Sequence record: SRR31156797_1505
Strand: one strand, 5' to 3'
DNA length: 53,855 nucleotides
Shown one piece after another: positions 49,256 through 53,855 of the stretch (within the stretch, counting starts at the first letter, position 1; each line of letters opens with the position of its first letter). The position numbers were made by a program, and so were the translations under genes. The notes under the pieces are model-generated. The model saw only the letters and a list, made by a program, of their open reading frames with translations. It was not told the origin of the DNA and did not search any database.

Positions 49256-50896
49256 ATGTCTTGTTCAATAACATTTTTAGGCGGTGTCGGTGAGATAGGC
49301 ATGAACATGTATGTCTATGAGACCGAAGAAACTGCTATTATAGTCGATTGCGGAGTTATGTTCGCGGATAATAATTTTCCGGGAATCGATTACGTCATAC
49401 CTGATTTCGAATATCTCGATAAGATCAAAGATAAAGTGAAAGCACTTTTTATCACTCACGGTCACGAAGACCATGTTGGTGCTGTGCCTTTTCTGCTGAG
49501 GGGATTTAACATCCCTGTTTACGGCGGGAGGCTTTCACTTGGGATACTCGAACAGAAGCGCGGAGCGAAAAAGGTCTCGCCAATACTCAGACCTGTGTCC
49601 GCCAGACAGGAGATAACCGAAGGTGACTTCACCGTAAAGTTCCTCCCTGTAACACACTCAATAAGCGATACCTACGCCTTATACATCAAATGCGGTGATT
49701 TCAGCGCACTTCACTGTTCAGATTTTAAGATAGACCAGTCGCCTGCCGGCGGTGAACCTTTTAACCCTGCGGACTTTACAGTTCTCGCAAAAGAAGGTTT
49801 GACAGCGTTGTTAGTGGACTCCACAAACGCCATGAACGAAGGTTTTACCCAGTCGGAATCGAGCATCAAAAACGATGTTAAAAAGGTCTTTCGCAATGCT
49901 ACAGGGCGGATTTTCTTTACCAGCTTCTCATCCAACATAGACAGGTTCAGACAGATTCTGGATATAGCGAGAGAGTGCGGGCGCAAGGTTGTCCTTGAGG
50001 GGACTGCCCTAGACAGGAATATGTCTATCGCAAAATCCCTCGGCTATATCGATCTACCGGACGATATCATCGTTGGGCTCAGGGCAGCTAAAAAGCTCCC
50101 CGATAATAAGGTCTGTTACATAATTACGGGCTGTCAGGGTGAGACGAACTCTACCCTTTACCGCATAGCATCCGGTGAACGGAAAGACCTCAGCGTCAGA
50201 GAGGGCGACCTTTTTGTAATCTCTGCGAGAGTGATTCCGGGTAATGAAAAAAATCTGATAAATCTTGTAAACCATATATATAAAGCTGGTGGAAAGGTTG
50301 TTGATATAGGTAAAAACCGCATACACGTCTCCGGTCACGCATCACAGGAAGAGATTAAGCTGATGGTGAACTTCACCAGACCTAAGTATGTCATCCCTGT
50401 GCACGGTGAGCCGGCTCATATGATAACCCTGAAACGTATGCTTAAAGGGATGGGGCTTGTTGACGACGGCAATGTTGTCCTGACTGAAGACGGGCAGCAG
50501 CTTGTTTTCGAGGAGACTAAGCTAACGGCTACTCGTGATGTACCGCACGGAAAGGTTTTTATCGACCTGCGTGGGCATTTTGCTATGGATGAGGATTCTG
50601 TTAAGGATAGAAAACACCTCTGCCGTGATGGTGCTGTCTCCGTTGTTGTGATAAAGCGTAAATCAGACGGAACATATATAATCCCACCTGTAGTTGAAAC
50701 AGCAGGCTTTGAGCTTCAGCCTCAGATGCTGACCGGCTTGCAGGATTTTCTTACTGAAAACCTTCAGGAACTTATGGAAGATGACGATTATGATGATCTG
50801 GAGCTTAAAGGTGGTCTTTCAAGGCTGACCAGACGCTTTTTTAAGAAGAACTTAGACAGGAGACCGTTGGTCATTCCGGTCGTGACGGAGATATAA
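49256..50896 (+). CDS. rnj: Ribonuclease J
   Basis: GGVGEIGMN, THGHEDHVG, DSTN, HVSGHA, PVHGE. Confidence 0.95.
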   Translation: MSCSITFLGGVGEIGMNMYVYETEETAIIVDCGVMFADNNFPGIDYVIPDFEYLDKIKDKVKALFITHGHEDHVGAVPFLLRGFNIPVYGGRLSLGILEQKRGAKKVSPILRPVSARQEITEGDFTVKFLPVTHSISDTYALYIKCGDFSALHCSDFKIDQSPAGGEPFNPADFTVLAKEGLTALLVDSTNAMNEGFTQSESSIKNDVKKVFRNATGRIFFTSFSSNIDRFRQILDIARECGRKVVLEGTALDRNMSIAKSLGYIDLPDDIIVGLRAAKKLPDNKVCYIITGCQGETNSTLYRIASGERKDLSVREGDLFVISARVIPGNEKNLINLVNHIYKAGGKVVDIGKNRIHVSGHASQEEIKLMVNFTRPKYVIPVHGEPAHMITLKRMLKGMGLVDDGNVVLTEDGQQLVFEETKLTATRDVPHGKVFIDLRGHFAMDEDSVKDRKHLCRDGAVSVVVIKRKSDGTYIIPPVVETAGFELQPQMLTGLQDFLTENLQELMEDDDYDDLELKGGLSRLTRRFFKKNLDRRPLVIPVVTEI

Positions 50897-51687
50897 TGAG
50901 TGTTTTAACAGCTATTATTCTGGGTGTTATTCAGGGTTTGACAGAGTTTCTGCCTGTGAGCAGTTCCGGTCATCTTGTTCTCGCTCAGTCGATGATAAAA
51001 GATTTTCAGCAGCCGGGGATGCTTTTTGATACGCTCCTGCACGGGGCGACCCTCGGGGCAGTGGTTGTCTATTTCCGCAGGCGCATTTTAGAGCTTGTAA
51101 TGACGCCGCTTGGTCTTTTCAGTAACGAATATAAAATTGTCTATTTTGAGAATAAACGATTCTGGTGGGGGATAATCATCGCAACCATCCCTACTGGTAT
51201 TATCGGGTTGCTCCTTGAGAGCAGGGTTGAGGGGATCTTTACAACTCCGACATTTGTCGGCTATTTTCTGATACTCACCTCCGTACTTCTGCTTATTTCT
51301 GATAGGTTTAGCGGTTCTGCCCAGATATCCGGCTGGACAGCTTTTATCATAGGTATTGTTCAGGGGCTTGCAGTTATCCCGGGTATATCAAGAGCTGGTG
51401 CTACAACAGCCACAGGTCTTTACCTCGGCATCAAGCGTGAAGAGATGGCGGAGTTCACCTTCCTAATGTCTATCCCTGCGATAATCGGTGCGATCATTTT
51501 ACAGTCGAAGCATATGTCTGCTATCCCTGCCGGAGAGCTTACAGCTTATGTTGCTGGTATGGTTGCGGCTTTTATTAGTGGATTCTTTGCAATAGGGTTT
51601 ATGGTATATTTTATAAAAAGGGCAAACCTTAAAGCATTTGCGCTTTACTGCCTTATAGCGGGGATATCAGCGATAATATGGATGTAG
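50896..51687 (+). CDS. uppP: Undecaprenyl-diphosphate phosphatase
   Basis: QGLTEFLPVSSSGH, PGISRAG, FLMSIPAI. Confidence 0.96.
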   Translation: MSVLTAIILGVIQGLTEFLPVSSSGHLVLAQSMIKDFQQPGMLFDTLLHGATLGAVVVYFRRRILELVMTPLGLFSNEYKIVYFENKRFWWGIIIATIPTGIIGLLLESRVEGIFTTPTFVGYFLILTSVLLLISDRFSGSAQISGWTAFIIGIVQGLAVIPGISRAGATTATGLYLGIKREEMAEFTFLMSIPAIIGAIILQSKHMSAIPAGELTAYVAGMVAAFISGFFAIGFMVYFIKRANLKAFALYCLIAGISAIIWM

Positions 51688-53855
51688 AAAACAAAGGTCT
51701 AAAATCCGACATAATATTTCTGACCAGTCTTTTTTTTACGATATTTGCCACCCTGTCGTTATACTCCCATTCGGAGGCTGACCCAGGCTCGACACTTATC
51801 ATTTTTACAAACTATGACCAGCAGGTTGCGAACCTATTTGGTAAGACAGGTGCTTACTTTAGCGACGTTCTCGCAACAATATTCGGCTGGACAGCATACA
51901 TGCTTCCACTTGTTCTTACATGGCTGACAATCAGGCTTCACTTTCACCGCAGGCGTGAGGATATGAAGATGAGAAAGACAGTCTTCAGGTTTGTTTTGTA
52001 TATAATTCTCTGTCTTGTCTTCTCTACACTTACAGGTTTCTTCGGCGGGCATGATTTTGCTTTCGCATCTAAGCCTATGGGCGGGATAGCTGGGCTTTTC
52101 TCTGCGGACTTTTTTGTGTCGATAGTCGGTATGATAGGCGGAATAGTGATCTCTTGTTTTTTTGTGACACTCCTTCTGTTTATGCTTTTCCCTAAGTTTT
52201 TTATGAGGCTTGCGAGAGCAGATGTTAACCTTCCTAAGCGGAAGAAGAGGGAACAGCCGGAGATGTATGAAGAGGAAGACTTTCAGGGTGAGATACCTGA
52301 TATTAAGAAGGACGAGCCGGAAGATATTCCCGACGCTACAATAGAAGATATTATTGAGCCTGAGCCAAAGAAGGTTCCTGAACCGAAATTTGAAGATGGA
52401 CCTGTATTTAAAGAACCCTACGAGGAACCTGAGATAAAAGAGATGCAGGAGGTCGAGACAGCTAAAGCGAAATACACTGTTCCGCTTAATCTACTCGATG
52501 AGCCTGTGAAGGATTATAAAAAAGAGTCTGACGAAGAGCTTAAATATAAGGGCGAAATGCTGGTTAGTAAGCTGGCTGATTTTGGCGTGAAAGGTAAGAT
52601 TAGAGAGATTCAGCCGGGACCTGTAGTCACTCAGTTTGAGTTCGAACCTGCACCCGGTGTTAAAATTAATAAGATAGCTAACTTGTCAGACGATCTTGCG
52701 CTTGCGATGTCCGCTGTTAGTGTTCGAATCATTGCACCTATCCCGGGCAAGTCCGTAGTTGGTATTGAGCTTCCGAATAAACATCGTGGGATGGTTTTCC
52801 TCGCTGAGCTTATGCGTGCGAAGGAGTTTATTAACGCTGAATCGATGCTCACATTCGCAATGGGTAAAGATATTTCTGGCAGACCTTATATAAGCGACCT
52901 CGGCTCTATGCCTCACTTACTTGTGGCAGGGACAACGGGCAGCGGTAAGTCTGTCGCAGTGAATACACTAATTTGTTCAATAGTTTATAAAGCACCACCT
53001 GAGCTTGTGAAGTTCATCATGGTTGACCCAAAAATGGTGGAGCTTAGCATATACGAAGATATCCCGCACCTTGCGGCACCTGTTGTGACAGAGCCTAGAA
53101 AAGCTTCGCAGGTACTCAAGAATGTAGTTGAAGAGATGGAGAACAGATACTCCGCTCTCGCTTCGTTGAAAGTGCGAAACATCACAGGCTATAACCAGAA
53201 GGCGGCGAAGGACTCTGAGCTTCCGACCATGCCTTATCTCGTTGTTATTGTTGATGAGTTCGCTGACCTGATGCTTGTTGCTGGTAAAGAGGTAGAGCAG
53301 TCGATTATCCGTATCGCTCAGATGGCGAGAGCTGTTGGCATACACCTTGTGCTCGCTACACAGCGCCCTTCGGTAAATGTTATTACAGGTATCATTAAGG
53401 CAAATATGCCTTCGAGATTATCGTTCAGGGTTTCATCAAAGGTGGATTCGAGAACTATCATCGACACAAGCGGTGCCGAGCTTCTGCTTGGTAAGGGTGA
53501 TTCACTCTTTATGCCGCCGGGGATGAGCGATACTGATCGTGTTCACGGTTGTTTTGTCTCTGATGATGAGGTTGGGCGTATTGTTGAGCACCTGAAGACA
53601 CTTGGCGAACCTGAATATAATATGGACTTGGTAAAAGAAGAGGTCTTCGACCCTGATGAGATAGATGAGTCCGAAATGGATGAGAAATTTGACGAGGCAC
53701 TTGTGCTGGTAAAACAGAAAGGTTTCGCTTCGATATCTATGATACAGCGCTATCTGCGCATTGGCTACAACCGCGCGGCTCGCATAGTTGAGATCATGGA
53801 GAAGAAAGGTATAGTTGCACCATCAGATGGTACATCAAAGCCGAGAGAGCTGTTA
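51678..53855 (+). CDS. ftsK: DNA translocase FtsK (runs off the window end close to its C-terminus)
   Basis: Not in the ORF track. ATG 51678 MDVENKGL..., N-terminal TM domain, acidic linker, GPVVTQFE, PHLLVAGTTGSGKS, VDEFADLM, LATQRPS, gamma domain QRYLRIGYNRAARI. Confidence 0.97.
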   Translation, partial: MDVENKGLKSDIIFLTSLFFTIFATLSLYSHSEADPGSTLIIFTNYDQQVANLFGKTGAYFSDVLATIFGWTAYMLPLVLTWLTIRLHFHRRREDMKMRKTVFRFVLYIILCLVFSTLTGFFGGHDFAFASKPMGGIAGLFSADFFVSIVGMIGGIVISCFFVTLLLFMLFPKFFMRLARADVNLPKRKKREQPEMYEEEDFQGEIPDIKKDEPEDIPDATIEDIIEPEPKKVPEPKFEDGPVFKEPYEEPEIKEMQEVETAKAKYTVPLNLLDEPVKDYKKESDEELKYKGEMLVSKLADFGVKGKIREIQPGPVVTQFEFEPAPGVKINKIANLSDDLALAMSAVSVRIIAPIPGKSVVGIELPNKHRGMVFLAELMRAKEFINAESMLTFAMGKDISGRPYISDLGSMPHLLVAGTTGSGKSVAVNTLICSIVYKAPPELVKFIMVDPKMVELSIYEDIPHLAAPVVTEPRKASQVLKNVVEEMENRYSALASLKVRNITGYNQKAAKDSELPTMPYLVVIVDEFADLMLVAGKEVEQSIIRIAQMARAVGIHLVLATQRPSVNVITGIIKANMPSRLSFRVSSKVDSRTIIDTSGAELLLGKGDSLFMPPGMSDTDRVHGCFVSDDEVGRIVEHLKTLGEPEYNMDLVKEEVFDPDEIDESEMDEKFDEALVLVKQKGFASISMIQRYLRIGYNRAARIVEIMEKKGIVAPSDGTSKPRELL

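Noticed and set aside
52240..52460. Glu/Pro-rich repetitive-looking tract
   Set aside because: Ordinary low-complexity FtsK linker with no tandem DNA repeat
1..53855. Numerous short antisense or overlapping ORFs (e.g. 11023-11706, 36339-36833, 39880-40431, 52977-53345)
   Set aside because: They are shadows of well-supported genes and have no recognisable motifs
1..53855. CRISPR array, prophage, IS or defence system
   Set aside because: No regularly spaced direct repeats and no integrase, transposase, phage or defence motifs were seen by eye

Overview
Bacterial chromosomal segment from a Gram-negative organism (lpxC present). Gene order and protein style suggest a Deferribacterota- or deltaproteobacteria-like anaerobe; this is an impression, not a computed assignment. 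The backbone is housekeeping: secA (truncated), hisB-hisH-hisA, pgpA-cinA, recA-recX-rplI-dnaB, lpxC, glnE, yajQ, ppk2, rnj-uppP-ftsK (truncated). A ~22 kb surface-glycan locus (6591-28536) sits between cinA and recA. It encodes dTDP-L-rhamnose enzymes, a Wzm/Wzt exporter with a C-terminal extension, two methyltransferases and a GT2-GT4 fusion. It also encodes a GDP-6-deoxyheptose pathway in wcbJ-K-L-gmhA-M order, an AT3-SGNH O-acetyltransferase, a GT-C-like membrane protein, and a complete mycobacterial-style polyprenyl-phosphate pentofuranose module (UbiA-GtrA-DprE1-DprE2-HAD). Other points of note are a four-way-junction palindromic element between hisB and hisH, a protoglobin-PsiE fusion apparently lacking the proximal His, and a decayed pilT between recA and recX. 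There is also a sigma54 promoter ahead of lpxC, a candidate LexA box at recA, a divergent phosphohexomutase and an orphan molybdopterin enzyme. I saw no rRNA, tRNA, CRISPR array, transposase or integrase.
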